Position numbers and translations under genes: made by a program
In this document: in pieces, positions 9,845 to 19,800 of the stretch
Numbering within the stretch: the stretch's first letter is position 1
How the letters are laid out: the number at the start of each line of letters is the position of its first letter
Assembly (NCBI GenBank): GCA_018813065.1
Contig: JAHJCH010000354.1
Location: forward strand, 1-58,965
Source: Myxococcota bacterium
GTDB taxonomy: Bacteria; Myxococcota_A; Bradymonadia; UBA7976; UBA1532
Length of the DNA stretch: 58,965 nucleotides
Reading direction: 5' to 3'
Notes under the pieces: generated by a model
Told to the model about the DNA's origin: nothing
The model's input: only the letters and a program-made list of their open reading frames with translations
Databases searched by the model: none

Positions 9845-12133
9845 ATGCTCACGCCCGCGCAGCGCGCCATGATTGAGGCGGAGGAGGCCCTGCTCCTCCA
9901 TGTCCAGACCGCCCTCGCCAAGCAGGCCACCGCGCGCTCATCGCGCGGCAACCTTGATCAAGACCTCGTGGCGCTGCGCGATCAGATCGCGGAAGAGCGG
10001 GCCGAGGATCACGCCATGCTCGTTGAGCATATGATGCGCCTCGCCGCGCTGCGCAAGACGCAAGATCGCCCCCTCGATCTCCCTGTTGAACCTCACAACC
10101 CCTACTTCGCCCACCTCCAACTTGAGGACACCCACCAGGGCGCGGCGCGCGTGCGCGACATCCTCATTGGCAAGCGCGCCTTTATCGACAATCGGCTTGG
10201 TGTGCAGATCGTGGACTGGCGCAACGCCCCCATCAGCCGCGTCTTTTACTGCTATGGCGAGGGGGAGGCCTATGAGGAGCGCTTCGCCGAGGTGACGCAG
10301 GCGGGGCGCGTGGTGGCGCGGCGCACGTTGACGATCGAGGAGGGCGCGCTGCGGCGCATCCGCAGCGGCGAGGCGCTCTTAGTCAAGCGCGACGGCGACT
10401 GGACGCTCAATGATCTAGAGCACAGCCGCCTCGCTGGGGGGGTTGGCAAGGCCACACGCGCGCCCGAGCGCAGCCTCGGCGGCAAGCCCGATCAGCGGCT
10501 CCCTGAGATCACCGCCCTCATCGATCCTGAGCAGTTCAACGTCATCAGCAGCCCCCGCTCGGGCCTGGTGATCATCCGCGGCGGCGCGGGCACGGGCAAG
10601 ACCACCATCGCGCTGCACCGCGTCGCCTACCTGCACTTTGAAGATCCCGCCCGCTTCTCTGGGGATCGTGTGTTGGTGATCACCCCTGGCGACGCGCTGC
10701 GCCGCTATGTGGCCCGCGTGCTGCCCGCCCTTGATGTGCGCGGCGTACCCATCGCCACCTTCCCTGACTGGGCGCACACCACCCTCAAGCGCGTCTTGCC
10801 CGAGCTGCGCAAGCGCCCGCTGACCGATGAGACGCCCAGCGGCGCCCAGCGCCTCAAGCGCCACCCCGCCTTCCTCCAGATATTGGAGCAGGCGGTCCGC
10901 GACGAGGCCCGCGCCTTCGATGAGGCCATGGAGGAGGCGGGCGGCGCGCCGCTGCTGGAGGCCTGGGTGCGGCGGCGTAACCTCGCGCCTGTCCAGCGTG
11001 TGCAGGCGATCCGTCGCTGGCTGGAGGGGCCGATCCGCAAGCAGCTGGCGGCGCGGATGCTGGAGATCCAACGCCTCCTGCGCAGCGCCGAGGAGCTGCT
11101 GGGGGATGTCTTTGAGACCTGGTCGGGCATACTGACGGATCGCGTCCACCTCGCTGGCGCTTTGGCGCAGGCGGGCGTCACTTATTACGAATGGGAGCTG
11201 GATCAGCTGGTGAGCGTGGTGGCGCAGCAGGCCGATGAGCCCCCCGACTTTCGCCACCTCGACGCGGATCGACGCCAAGGGATCGACGGCCGCGCGTTGG
11301 ACGAGGGCGAGCTACAAGGGCGCTTGGACGTGGACGATCTGGCCATGCTCCTGCGGCTGGTGCAGCTCAAACATGGCCGCTTGATATCAGGCTCCAAGCC
11401 CATCAGCTATGAGCACGTCGTCGTCGATGAGGCGCAGGACCTCTCGCCGCTGAGCCTCAAGGTGCTCATCGACGCGGCCACGCCGGGCAGCCCTGTGACC
11501 TTGGCCGGGGACACAGCGCAGCGCGTGGTGCTCGACAACGGCTTTGCCTCATGGAGCGAGCTGATCAGCGTGCTGAAGATCAAAGCCCATATCCTGCCGC
11601 CGTTGGCGATCAGCTATCGCTCCACGCAGCAGGTGATGCAGCTGGCGCGGCACGCCTTGGGGGATCTCGCCACCGAGGGGGCGCCGCGTGACGCGCGGGA
11701 GGGCGCGCCGGTGGAGCTGATGCGCTTTGAGGACGAGGGGGAGGCGGTCCTCTTCCTCGCCGACGCCCTGCGCAGCCTGCGCCAGCGGGAGCGCCGCGCC
11801 ACGGTGGCGCTCGTGGCGCGCACGCCGATGATGGCCGATCTGTACTACGAGGGGCTCAAGCGCGCCGAGATCTCCAGCCTGCGCCGCGTCCGCGATCAAG
11901 AGTTTGAGTTCACGCCGGGGATTGATCTGACGGATGTCTATCAGATCAAGGGCTTGGAGTATGACTACGTGGTGATCCTCGACGCGACGGCGGCGGCCTA
12001 CCCGGAGACGGTGGAGGCGCGGCACCTCTTCCACGTCGCGGCGACCCGCGCGGCGCATCAGCTGTGGCTCATCGCCGCCGGGGCGCCCTCCCCGCTCTTG
12101 CCGCCGGCGTTGGTCGAGGCGGCCTCACGCTGA
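9845..12133 (+). CDS. UvrD/HelD-like superfamily I helicase
   Basis: PYFAHL, VDWRNAPIS, GGAGTGKTTIALHRVAYL, VVDEAQD, AGDTAQ, SYRST, KGLEYD, VAATRA. Confidence 0.88.
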   Translation: MLTPAQRAMIEAEEALLLHVQTALAKQATARSSRGNLDQDLVALRDQIAEERAEDHAMLVEHMMRLAALRKTQDRPLDLPVEPHNPYFAHLQLEDTHQGAARVRDILIGKRAFIDNRLGVQIVDWRNAPISRVFYCYGEGEAYEERFAEVTQAGRVVARRTLTIEEGALRRIRSGEALLVKRDGDWTLNDLEHSRLAGGVGKATRAPERSLGGKPDQRLPEITALIDPEQFNVISSPRSGLVIIRGGAGTGKTTIALHRVAYLHFEDPARFSGDRVLVITPGDALRRYVARVLPALDVRGVPIATFPDWAHTTLKRVLPELRKRPLTDETPSGAQRLKRHPAFLQILEQAVRDEARAFDEAMEEAGGAPLLEAWVRRRNLAPVQRVQAIRRWLEGPIRKQLAARMLEIQRLLRSAEELLGDVFETWSGILTDRVHLAGALAQAGVTYYEWELDQLVSVVAQQADEPPDFRHLDADRRQGIDGRALDEGELQGRLDVDDLAMLLRLVQLKHGRLISGSKPISYEHVVVDEAQDLSPLSLKVLIDAATPGSPVTLAGDTAQRVVLDNGFASWSELISVLKIKAHILPPLAISYRSTQQVMQLARHALGDLATEGAPRDAREGAPVELMRFEDEGEAVLFLADALRSLRQRERRATVALVARTPMMADLYYEGLKRAEISSLRRVRDQEFEFTPGIDLTDVYQIKGLEYDYVVILDATAAAYPETVEARHLFHVAATRAAHQLWLIAAGAPSPLLPPALVEAASR

Positions 12134-12141
12134 GCGCAGGG

Positions 12142-12426
12142 TTAAGGCTCGGGCTGGACCTCGGGCTCGGGCTTGACCTCAGGCTCGGGCTGGGCCTCGG
12201 GCTCGGGCTGGGCCTCGGGCTCGGGCTTGACCTCAGGCTTGACCTCGGGCTCAGGCTTGACCTCGGGCTTGACCTCGGGCTTCTTCTCCTTGATCTGCTC
12301 GCTGAAGAGGCCACGCCGGGGCGCCGAGGGCTCCTCATCGGGGCTGGTCTGCATGTAGAAATACCAGCCACCGAGGGCGAGGGCGAGGGCCGCGCCGCAG
12401 GCGGCGATGATGTTGACGGGCTTCAT
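12142..12426 (-). CDS. Small membrane-anchored Pro/Glu/Val/Lys-repeat protein
   Basis: One N-terminal TM helix followed by KPEV/PEPEAQ tandem repeats. AGGAGG-like RBS on the minus strand. Confidence 0.65.
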   Translation of the reverse strand: MKPVNIIAACGAALALALGGWYFYMQTSPDEEPSAPRRGLFSEQIKEKKPEVKPEVKPEPEVKPEVKPEPEAQPEPEAQPEPEVKPEPEVQPEP

Positions 12427-12540
12427 ATAAGCGCCTCCCTGAGATCTGCTTTGGCTTTTGTAGCGCGTCGGGGAGGGCCTGACTAGGCTTAGACCGCGTG
12501 GCGGGTGCGTGCGCGTGAGATTGCGCTGCTGACGGCGGCC

Positions 12541-13923
12541 TTAGGCTTTGCCCAAGACCTCAAGCACATCATCGACGCCGGTGAACTTCATGCGCGGCGT
12601 GCCGCGTCGGCGCCCACGACGCGTCTCCAGCTCATCAAGGGCCTTCCAATCCGAGAAGGTGATCTGACCGCTGTTGCGCCTCTCCAAGAGCCCCTTGATC
12701 TCATCGAGGGGTGGCAGCGCGCGATGAGGCAGCCCTTGAAGATCCGCCTTCATCAGCTCGACGACCTCGGCGGAGGCCTTACGGTGGAGGCCGATCTGGC
12801 CCTGAGGGCCGGTCTTGGCCCAGCCCACGACGTACATATCACCGACGAACTGCGCCCCCTCGACGACGCGGCCCTCTTGATTGGCGATGGTCCGCCGTTG
12901 AAGGTCAAAGGGCACGCCCTCGATGGGCTGACCCTGGAAGCCGATGGCCGTGATCATCATCTGCGCGTCGATGATCTCCGTCTCGCCGGTCAGCTCAACA
13001 TCCAAGCGCTCGCCTTTATCGACGTTGCGCGTCTTCTCCACGCGCAGGCCCTTGATGCAGTTCTCCTCATCGATGAGGACCTCGCGCGCGTCGCGGAAGA
13101 AGCGAAACTCCACCACCCGCGCCGTGTCGCCGTCCTGGCGCGCCGCCCAGCCCTCGAAGAGCTGGAGGTTCTTCTTGGTGGCGGGGTTATGCGTGCGCGC
13201 CATAAAGGCCTCGGTGACTTCATCGAGGACCAGATCGGCGGGATCGATCTGGATGGCCACGTCGCCGAGCTTGCCCATCTCGCCCAGCTCGCGGGGCGTG
13301 TAGGCCACCTGCGCGGGGCCTTGACGGCCCAGGACGATGACGCGCTTGATCGTGCTCAGCTCCAAGATATCGAGGGCGTGCTCGGCGATATCGGTGCCCA
13401 GCAGATCCTCGAACTTATGCGCCAGCATCCGGGTGACATCGCCGGAGACGTTGCCGTTGCCGACGACGACGACCGTCTCGACCTCGTTGAGATCGAACTT
13501 GAAGTGACGGTAGTCGGGGTGACCGTTATACCAGCCGACGAAGACGCGGGAGGGGGCGCAGCGGACGGCGCCCTCATTGGGGATCCCCAGGCGACGATCG
13601 CCCTCATTACCCACCGCGAACACGATCTGATCGTAGCGCGCGCGCAGCTCAGCGACGCTGATGTCCTTGCCCACCTCGACGTTGCCGAAGAAGCGAAAGC
13701 GATCGACCTCGACGGCCTTCTCATAGATCCGCGTGATCTGCTTAACGGACTGGTGATCGGGCGCCACCCCGCTGCGGACAAGGCCATAGGGCGTGGGGAG
13801 GCGCTCAAACATATCAACATAGGTCTCGATGTCGCTCTTGAGCAGCGCCTCGGCGGCGAAGAAGCCGGCGGGGCCCGATCCCACAATCGCCACGCGCAGT
13901 GGCCGATCTATTCCTGGTTGCAT
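12541..13923 (-). CDS. Ferredoxin--NADP(+) reductase (FprA/adrenodoxin reductase family)
   Basis: IVGSGPAGFF, PTPYGLVRSGVAPDH, FVGWYNGHPD, GNGNVS, YVVGWAKTGPQG. Confidence 0.92.
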   Translation of the reverse strand: MQPGIDRPLRVAIVGSGPAGFFAAEALLKSDIETYVDMFERLPTPYGLVRSGVAPDHQSVKQITRIYEKAVEVDRFRFFGNVEVGKDISVAELRARYDQIVFAVGNEGDRRLGIPNEGAVRCAPSRVFVGWYNGHPDYRHFKFDLNEVETVVVVGNGNVSGDVTRMLAHKFEDLLGTDIAEHALDILELSTIKRVIVLGRQGPAQVAYTPRELGEMGKLGDVAIQIDPADLVLDEVTEAFMARTHNPATKKNLQLFEGWAARQDGDTARVVEFRFFRDAREVLIDEENCIKGLRVEKTRNVDKGERLDVELTGETEIIDAQMMITAIGFQGQPIEGVPFDLQRRTIANQEGRVVEGAQFVGDMYVVGWAKTGPQGQIGLHRKASAEVVELMKADLQGLPHRALPPLDEIKGLLERRNSGQITFSDWKALDELETRRGRRRGTPRMKFTGVDDVLEVLGKA

Positions 13924-14117
13924 ACACCCCTCTTCGTCTCTTGAAGCGGCCCTGAAATAAAGCAATTTGCGAGCAAAGGCAAACCGCGTGTTGCACTATG
14001 GATGCGCCAGCGCGGCTTTCGTCTCCGCCGCGCATCCAAACTTGGCGGGGCCTGCGCCGCCGCCGTGACCGAAGATGATCCGCAGCCCTGGATTCTCTCC
14101 TGAAAGGAGCGTCACCG

Positions 14118-14609
14118 ATGCACCGCGCGCGTAAGTCTGCGCTGGACCGCCTCAAGGCGAGCGAAGCGCGAGCCGTCTTAACCCGCCTCCTCTCCCTCTA
14201 CCCCGATCTGATCAGCGCCGCCGAGCGCGCCGCCGAGGAGCTGCTGGCCGAGGTCGATCACCTCAGCGTCGCCGACCGGGTCGTTCGCGCGCTCAAGCCG
14301 CTGGGGGGCGGCGATGAGGCCACGCGCTGGCGGGCCATCGAGGCGGCCTTATCGCCCTTTATGGAGGACGCCCAGCGCCGACGTGATCTGAGCCTGAGGG
14401 AGCCCGCCGAGGAGATCGAGCAGGGGATCTTGCTGGGGCTCTACCGCCTCAAGGACGATCGCGAGGGGCCGATGCGAGGCGCGCCGACCTTAGCGCGGGA
14501 GTTGGCGGAGTGGGTGGTCGAGCGTGGACAAGAGCGGGGGGCGACGCCGCCCTCTGAGGGCTTCCTCAAGGGCCGCACGCCGGAGTGGGCGGGGCTCCTG
14601 GGCGGCTAA
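14118..14609 (+). CDS. Hypothetical alpha-helical protein
   Basis: 163-aa ORF with AAAGGAG RBS and host-like codon usage. No motif recognised. Confidence 0.65.
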   Translation: MHRARKSALDRLKASEARAVLTRLLSLYPDLISAAERAAEELLAEVDHLSVADRVVRALKPLGGGDEATRWRAIEAALSPFMEDAQRRRDLSLREPAEEIEQGILLGLYRLKDDREGPMRGAPTLARELAEWVVERGQERGATPPSEGFLKGRTPEWAGLLGG

Positions 14610-14624
14610 GCCGTCTCAGTCATT

Positions 14625-15593
14625 TCAGTCGAGGGGCGGCGTCTCCACGCCCTGACTGAGCAAGACCTTCTGCCCGACCAGCTTTTGAATCCCGTCGATC
14701 CGCTGCGTGACCTCCAAGACACCCAGGTACTTCCCCTCGCGATCGCGCACGGGGAAGTAGCGGATCAGCACCTTACGGCCCATAAAATCGATCCAGAAAT
14801 CGGCGTTCTCCAGGGTGCCCTCGCGAAAGCCCTTGACGATCTCCATCACGCGGTCAACGCTGCGCTCGGGGTGGCATTTTTGGACCTTGCGACCCACGAC
14901 AGAGCGCGTACGGGCGAAGATTTTCTCCTTATCGAGGCGGTTGAAGTAGGCGAGGGTGTTCTTGTCATCGACGAACGTCACCTCGACGGGCAGCGCCTCC
15001 ATCAAGGCATCGATCTGCGCATAGCTGAGGCGCTCGATCAAGCGCAGGCGCGCGCCGCCCTCCAGCTCATCGACCATGGCCTGAAAGTGCCCCCAGGCGT
15101 CCTCGCCGTAGCTCTCGGCGTTGAGGCGCTCAAAGCCCACCAAGAGCGCCGCGCCGTCCTCCTCGGAGATGACCCGCCGCCCCATCAGATAGAGGACGTC
15201 GTTCTCCTTCCAGATGTGCTCAGCGCGCACGCGCAGATAGTCCTTACCTGCCTGAATCAGCGCCGCGCGGGTGGCCGCGTCGCCTTGACCCAGCTCCATT
15301 TGGATGCGCGTCAGCAGCGCCCGCTCGGTCTGATGCTCGGCCAACATCACGGCGATGGGGCCGCCGTGGCGGGGGATGCCGCGCGACTCCATGAGGGGGA
15401 AGAGGAGCTGCTCCTCTTTCTGGTTGTGCAGCTTATCGCCGAACTCCAAGAGGAAATCGACGGCGCGGGCCAGGCGCGTGGCGTCCTCCTGATGGGCCGT
15501 CGCCTTGCCCAGCTCATCCTCCAAGACGGCCATCGCCCGCTCGATCAGCTCATGCTCGGCGACGAGGTAGGTATCCCAGCGTGTGTGCTCCAT
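14625..15593 (-). CDS. Hemerythrin plus PAS domain protein (DUF438-like)
   Basis: EHELI, HNQKEEQLLFP, GPIAVMLAEH, EHIWKENDVLY, then VTFVDD...VGRKVQKCHP...IRYFPVRD...YLGVLEVTQ. Confidence 0.88.
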   Translation of the reverse strand: MEHTRWDTYLVAEHELIERAMAVLEDELGKATAHQEDATRLARAVDFLLEFGDKLHNQKEEQLLFPLMESRGIPRHGGPIAVMLAEHQTERALLTRIQMELGQGDAATRAALIQAGKDYLRVRAEHIWKENDVLYLMGRRVISEEDGAALLVGFERLNAESYGEDAWGHFQAMVDELEGGARLRLIERLSYAQIDALMEALPVEVTFVDDKNTLAYFNRLDKEKIFARTRSVVGRKVQKCHPERSVDRVMEIVKGFREGTLENADFWIDFMGRKVLIRYFPVRDREGKYLGVLEVTQRIDGIQKLVGQKVLLSQGVETPPLD

Positions 15594-15648
15594 GAGGGCT
15601 CCTTCTTGATTCAGCGCCCAGAGGATAGCCCTGGGCTGTGGCGGATCG

Positions 15649-15662
15649 TTGATCTGGCTCAA
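15649..15662 (-). promoter_or_regulatory. FNR/Crp-family binding box upstream of the hemerythrin-PAS gene
   Basis: TTGAT-CTGG-CTCAA (9/10 to TTGAT-N4-ATCAA). A TATCCT -10-like hexamer on the minus strand at 15622-15627 gives class II spacing. Confidence 0.55.
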
Positions 15663-15729
15663 AGCCGCGCAAAAAAATCCCCCGCGACGCGGCGAGGGGA
15701 TGTCCGAGGGGGGGCGTTGAGGAGGAGAG

Positions 15730-16737
15730 ATGAACACGCCGCGAGATCACCACGCCCTCACCCCGCCGCTGATCGGCGACTCTTCAGCGATGATCGAATT
15801 GAGGTCACGCATCCTCCGCTATGGCCGCGCCCAAGGCGCGATCCTGCTCCAAGGCGAGACGGGCTCGGGCAAGGAGCTGTGCGCGCGTCACCTCCACGAA
15901 GCGGCGGGCCGCGAGGGGCGCTTTATCCCCGTCAACTGTGGCGCGCTGCCTCGGGAGCTGATCGAAGCGGAGCTGTTCGGCGCCGAGGAGGGCGCCTTCA
16001 CGGGCGCCAAGGCCCGCGAGGGGCTGATCAGCGCCGCCGACGGCGGCGCGCTGTTCCTTGATGAGATCGGCGAGCTGCCGCTGAGCGCCCAAGCGGTGCT
16101 CCTGCGCGCCTTGGAGTCGGGCGAGGTCTGGCCGGTGGGGGGGCGAGCGCCCAAGCGTGTGCGATTTCGGCTGATCAGCGCCACGCACAGGGATCTCAAT
16201 GAGATGGTCAAGGCGCGGCGCTTCCGCGCGGATCTCTTTCACCGCATCTCGACGCTGATCATCCACATCCCGCCGCTGCGCGCGCGGCGAGAGGACATCC
16301 CCGATCTGGCCCGCGCGTTGATCGGCGACGCCTTTGAGCGCTTCAACCCTCGGGCGCGCAGCGCCTTACAAGCGCGGCCTTGGCCGGGCAACGTCCGTGA
16401 GCTGCACAACGCGCTCTTGAGGGGCTTAGCGGAGAGCGACAGCGACATCTCAGGGCGTCACCTCGCGCCGCCGCTCATCGAGGCGCCGACGCGCGTCGAG
16501 GTGGCGGCGCCTCGTGTCCAGGCGCGGCGTTGTCGCCCGCTCAACGAGGTCTTAACCGAGCATGTCTTGGGGGCGGTTGAGCGCTTCGAGGGCAACGTCC
16601 GCGCGGCGGCGAGGGCCCTCGACGTCAGCCCAGGCACGATCTATCGCTACTTGAGCTTGGATGGGCGCTCAGAGGGGCAGGTCAACGGGCAAGTCAACGG
16701 GCGGGTCAACGGGCAGATCAACAACACACGCCATTAA
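15730..16737 (+). CDS. Sigma-54-dependent enhancer-binding protein without N-terminal sensor domain
   Basis: GETGSGKE, ELFGAEEGAFTGA, LFLDEIGELP, FRADLFHR, WPGNVREL and a Fis-type HTH. C-terminal GQVN x4 repeat. Confidence 0.92.
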   Translation: MNTPRDHHALTPPLIGDSSAMIELRSRILRYGRAQGAILLQGETGSGKELCARHLHEAAGREGRFIPVNCGALPRELIEAELFGAEEGAFTGAKAREGLISAADGGALFLDEIGELPLSAQAVLLRALESGEVWPVGGRAPKRVRFRLISATHRDLNEMVKARRFRADLFHRISTLIIHIPPLRARREDIPDLARALIGDAFERFNPRARSALQARPWPGNVRELHNALLRGLAESDSDISGRHLAPPLIEAPTRVEVAAPRVQARRCRPLNEVLTEHVLGAVERFEGNVRAAARALDVSPGTIYRYLSLDGRSEGQVNGQVNGRVNGQINNTRH

Positions 16738-16774
16738 GACCGCCGAGGCCGTACGCCTCAGCGCCCCAGCGCTC

Positions 16775-16822
16775 AAAAAATCGCCCACCGTTGTCCGCCG
16801 CCGCCCCCACCAAGACGTCTCT
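16775..16822 (+). promoter_or_regulatory. Repeated upstream motif, copy 1 (ECF-sigma-like TGTC-N20-CGTC)
   Basis: AAAAAATCGCCC...TGTCCGCCG...CGTCTCT, similar to 20613-20660. Confidence 0.5.
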
Positions 16823-16851
16823 TTGCTCGAAGCAAACACAGGGAACGACCC

Positions 16852-19800
16852 ATGACCACCCTTGAGACCCTCCGACTTGAGCGGCTCGTCTTTGATCTCC
16901 AGCAAAACAGCGAGAGGTGGCGCCCCGACTTTGACAAGCGCCTCCCCAAAGGGGCCAGCGTCGAGGCGCAGCTTGATCGCCTCCTGCTCGCCTTGGGCCA
17001 GGGCTGCTTGATCACCAACGTGGCGACAGCGCAAAGCAAGGGGAAGCCGCGCTGGCGCGTGCGCCCTGCGGCGGTCATCGAGGGGCTCAATGAGGAGGGG
17101 CTGTCACCAGAGTTGGTGGTTTATGAGGTTCATGGCGCGCTGGCCATCAGCTACATCAAGTGGCTGCGGCGCTTTCCGCCTCGCAAATCAGAGACGCGCT
17201 TGGAGGGCGAGGTTTATCGTCGTGATCGCTCGGGCGTGGGCATGGTCAATGAGGATCTGGCGCGCTTGCGGGCCTTGCCGCCGCGTCTGCTCAAGCAAAA
17301 CGCGCGCGTGGCGCAGTGGCTCAACTTCGTGGCTTGGTTTGATCGGCTGGTGACGGCGAATCGGAAGGTCTGGGCGTATCAATCATGTGAGGTGATGGCC
17401 GTTGAGGCCGCCAAAGAAGCCAAAAACACCACAAAAGACGCCGCAAAAGAAGACAAAGACGCCGCAAAAGACGCCGCAAAAGACGCCGCAAAAGAAGACA
17501 AAGAGGCCGCAAAAGAGGCCGCAAAAGAGGCCGCAAAAGAGGCCGCAAAGCCCCTCCTGATCTTCACCTTCAACAGCCCCTTGCCTGCGGGCGTCGATGG
17601 CGGGGTCGTTGAGTTGGGGGGCAAGGGCCACCTTCGCATAGGCGGCGGTAAATGGCAGAAGGAAGGCAAGGGCGGGCGCCTGATCTTCTCGCGTGGGGCG
17701 GTGGCCAGTAAGGATAGGGCGCGCCTCGAAAACATCCCCCCAACGGGCCAACTCTTGGAGGACATCTCGGGCGATCTGGCCATCATCCGCAGCCAACGCG
17801 ACGCGCTGCAAAGCTTGGCCGAAGATGAGAGCTTTCATCCTGGGCTCGCTGAGGTGCTGCTGGGTGAAGCTCAAGCCTTGGAGACGCCCATCGCCGCGCA
17901 AGTGCAGCGGTTTGAGGACGAACTCAAGCGCAGCGGCTATCGCCTGACGGACGATCAACGCCGCGCGGCGGCGCTGGCCCTGGCGGGCGCCCCCTTGACC
18001 CTGATCCAAGGCCCTCCGGGCACGGGCAAGACGACCACCATCGCGGCCATCATCGCGGCGGCGACGCGGATGGGGCTGCGGGTGCTCCTGGCCTCGCAGA
18101 CGAACCTCGCCGTGGACAATGTGTTGGAGCGCCTCCCCCCAGATCCGGCGATTCGCCCCGCGCGCTTCGCCAGCGAGGACGCGCATGTCTCCGAGGCGGT
18201 GCAGGCCCTCGACGCCAAGGATGTGATTGAGAAACACTGGCTGCCCAAGGTCAAGGGCGCGGCGCTGGAGGTGGAGGCGCGCGAGGCCAAGGACGCGGCG
18301 GCCCTTGAAGAGACGGCGCGGCGCGAGGCGGCGCGGGCCGAGATTGGGCAGCGCGCCGATCAACAACGCGTGGCCTTGGAGGCAGAGTCGGCGCGGCTCA
18401 AGGCCGCCCATGACGCGCGCCGCGTGGCGCAGATCGCGGTTGAGCAAGCAAAGGCGCCTTTAAGCAGAGCGCAGGCGCAGACGGCGGCGGCGGCGGGGCT
18501 GCGCGCCGAGCCCCCGCGTGGGCATTGGCAGGGCTGGGCGGGGCTGGATGAGGTGCAAGCGTGCTTGACGCAGCACGGCGCGACGCCGCCTGACCTGGCG
18601 CGCGTGTTCGTGACGATTGAGGCGGAGCCGATCTTGGCGGGCCTGCGCGCGCATTGCCAGACGCAGGGCGCCCCCGTACTCGACGCCGAGGTGCAGGCGC
18701 TCCAGGCGCAGCGGTTGGCGTTGATGATCGACTTCAGCGACGCGGCGATCGCCGAGATGGCGCGCTTGGGGCGCGAGATCCAGCGACTTCAAGCGAAGCA
18801 AACCGAGTCGGGTTGGGCGCAGGCCACGCGCGCGCTGCGGGGCTTGGCCGAGGATCTCGGCGACACGCCCGCCCTGCGGCGGCTGATGGGGGCCTTGGCG
18901 CCCACGCCCGAGCTGTTGGATGAGATTGAGGCGCTGGCGGCGGCGTTGGCCTCGCTGCGGGCGCGTCGAGCGGAGTTAGGTCGGGCGTTGCGGGCGGCGG
19001 CGCAGGTCGCTTCGGCGCGCTTGGTCGAGGAGACGCGCGGGCTGGAGTGGGCGATGGCGCGGGCGCAGCGCGACACCCAAGAGACAGAAGCGCGGCTGCG
19101 GGCGTGTGAGGATCGGCTGACTCAAGGCCGCGCGGCGTTGACGCGCTTGGTCGAGGGCTGGCGCGCGGTCGGTGGTCAGGGCGAGCCCAGCGGGGCGGCG
19201 GCGCAGGCGCAGGCGCGCGATGACTTGACGCGGGCTCAGGAGGAGGCCGAGTTGGCGCGGCTGCGGCGTTGGATGGCGATCCGCGCCCGCTACATCAAGG
19301 CCCTGGATGAGCCCCCCGCCACGAGCCTCCGTGAGCGGTACTTGGCCACGATCAACGTCATCGGCGCCACCTGCTACATGGCCCATAAGATCGCGGCGGG
19401 GAAGCATAAGAACATCGAGGGCGATCTGGTCGATGGCGGCTTTGACTTGGTGATCATCGACGAGGTGAGCAAGGCCACCGTGCCTGAGATCGTGCAGCCC
19501 GCGCGCTTGGCCAAGCGGCTCGTCTTGGTGGGTGATCCCAATCAGCTCCCGCCCCTCTTTCGTCACCGTGAGTCCAGCTACGCGGAGCTGATCGCCGAGG
19601 GCGCCGTCACCGAGGAGGACTTCGCGCATTATCGGGAGCTAGTGACGGCGGGGCGCTTCGCCGAGCTGTTTCAAGAGGCCCCCGAGGCGATCAAGGCGCG
19701 CTTGACCACGCAGTTCCGCGCTCATCCGCAGATCATGGCGGCGACCAACGTCTTCTATCATGGCAAGCTGGAGGCGGGGCCGGGCACGACGCACAAGAAC

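Noticed and set aside
12505-13944. Long antisense ORFs (also 6599-7681, 14685-16061, 23914-25623, 30091-31206, 31346-32632)
   Set aside because: These are shadow frames of well-supported high-GC genes with no motifs of their own.
16738-16851. Sigma-54 -24/-12 promoter for the helicase cluster
   Set aside because: No TGGCAC-N5-TTGC-like sequence was seen.
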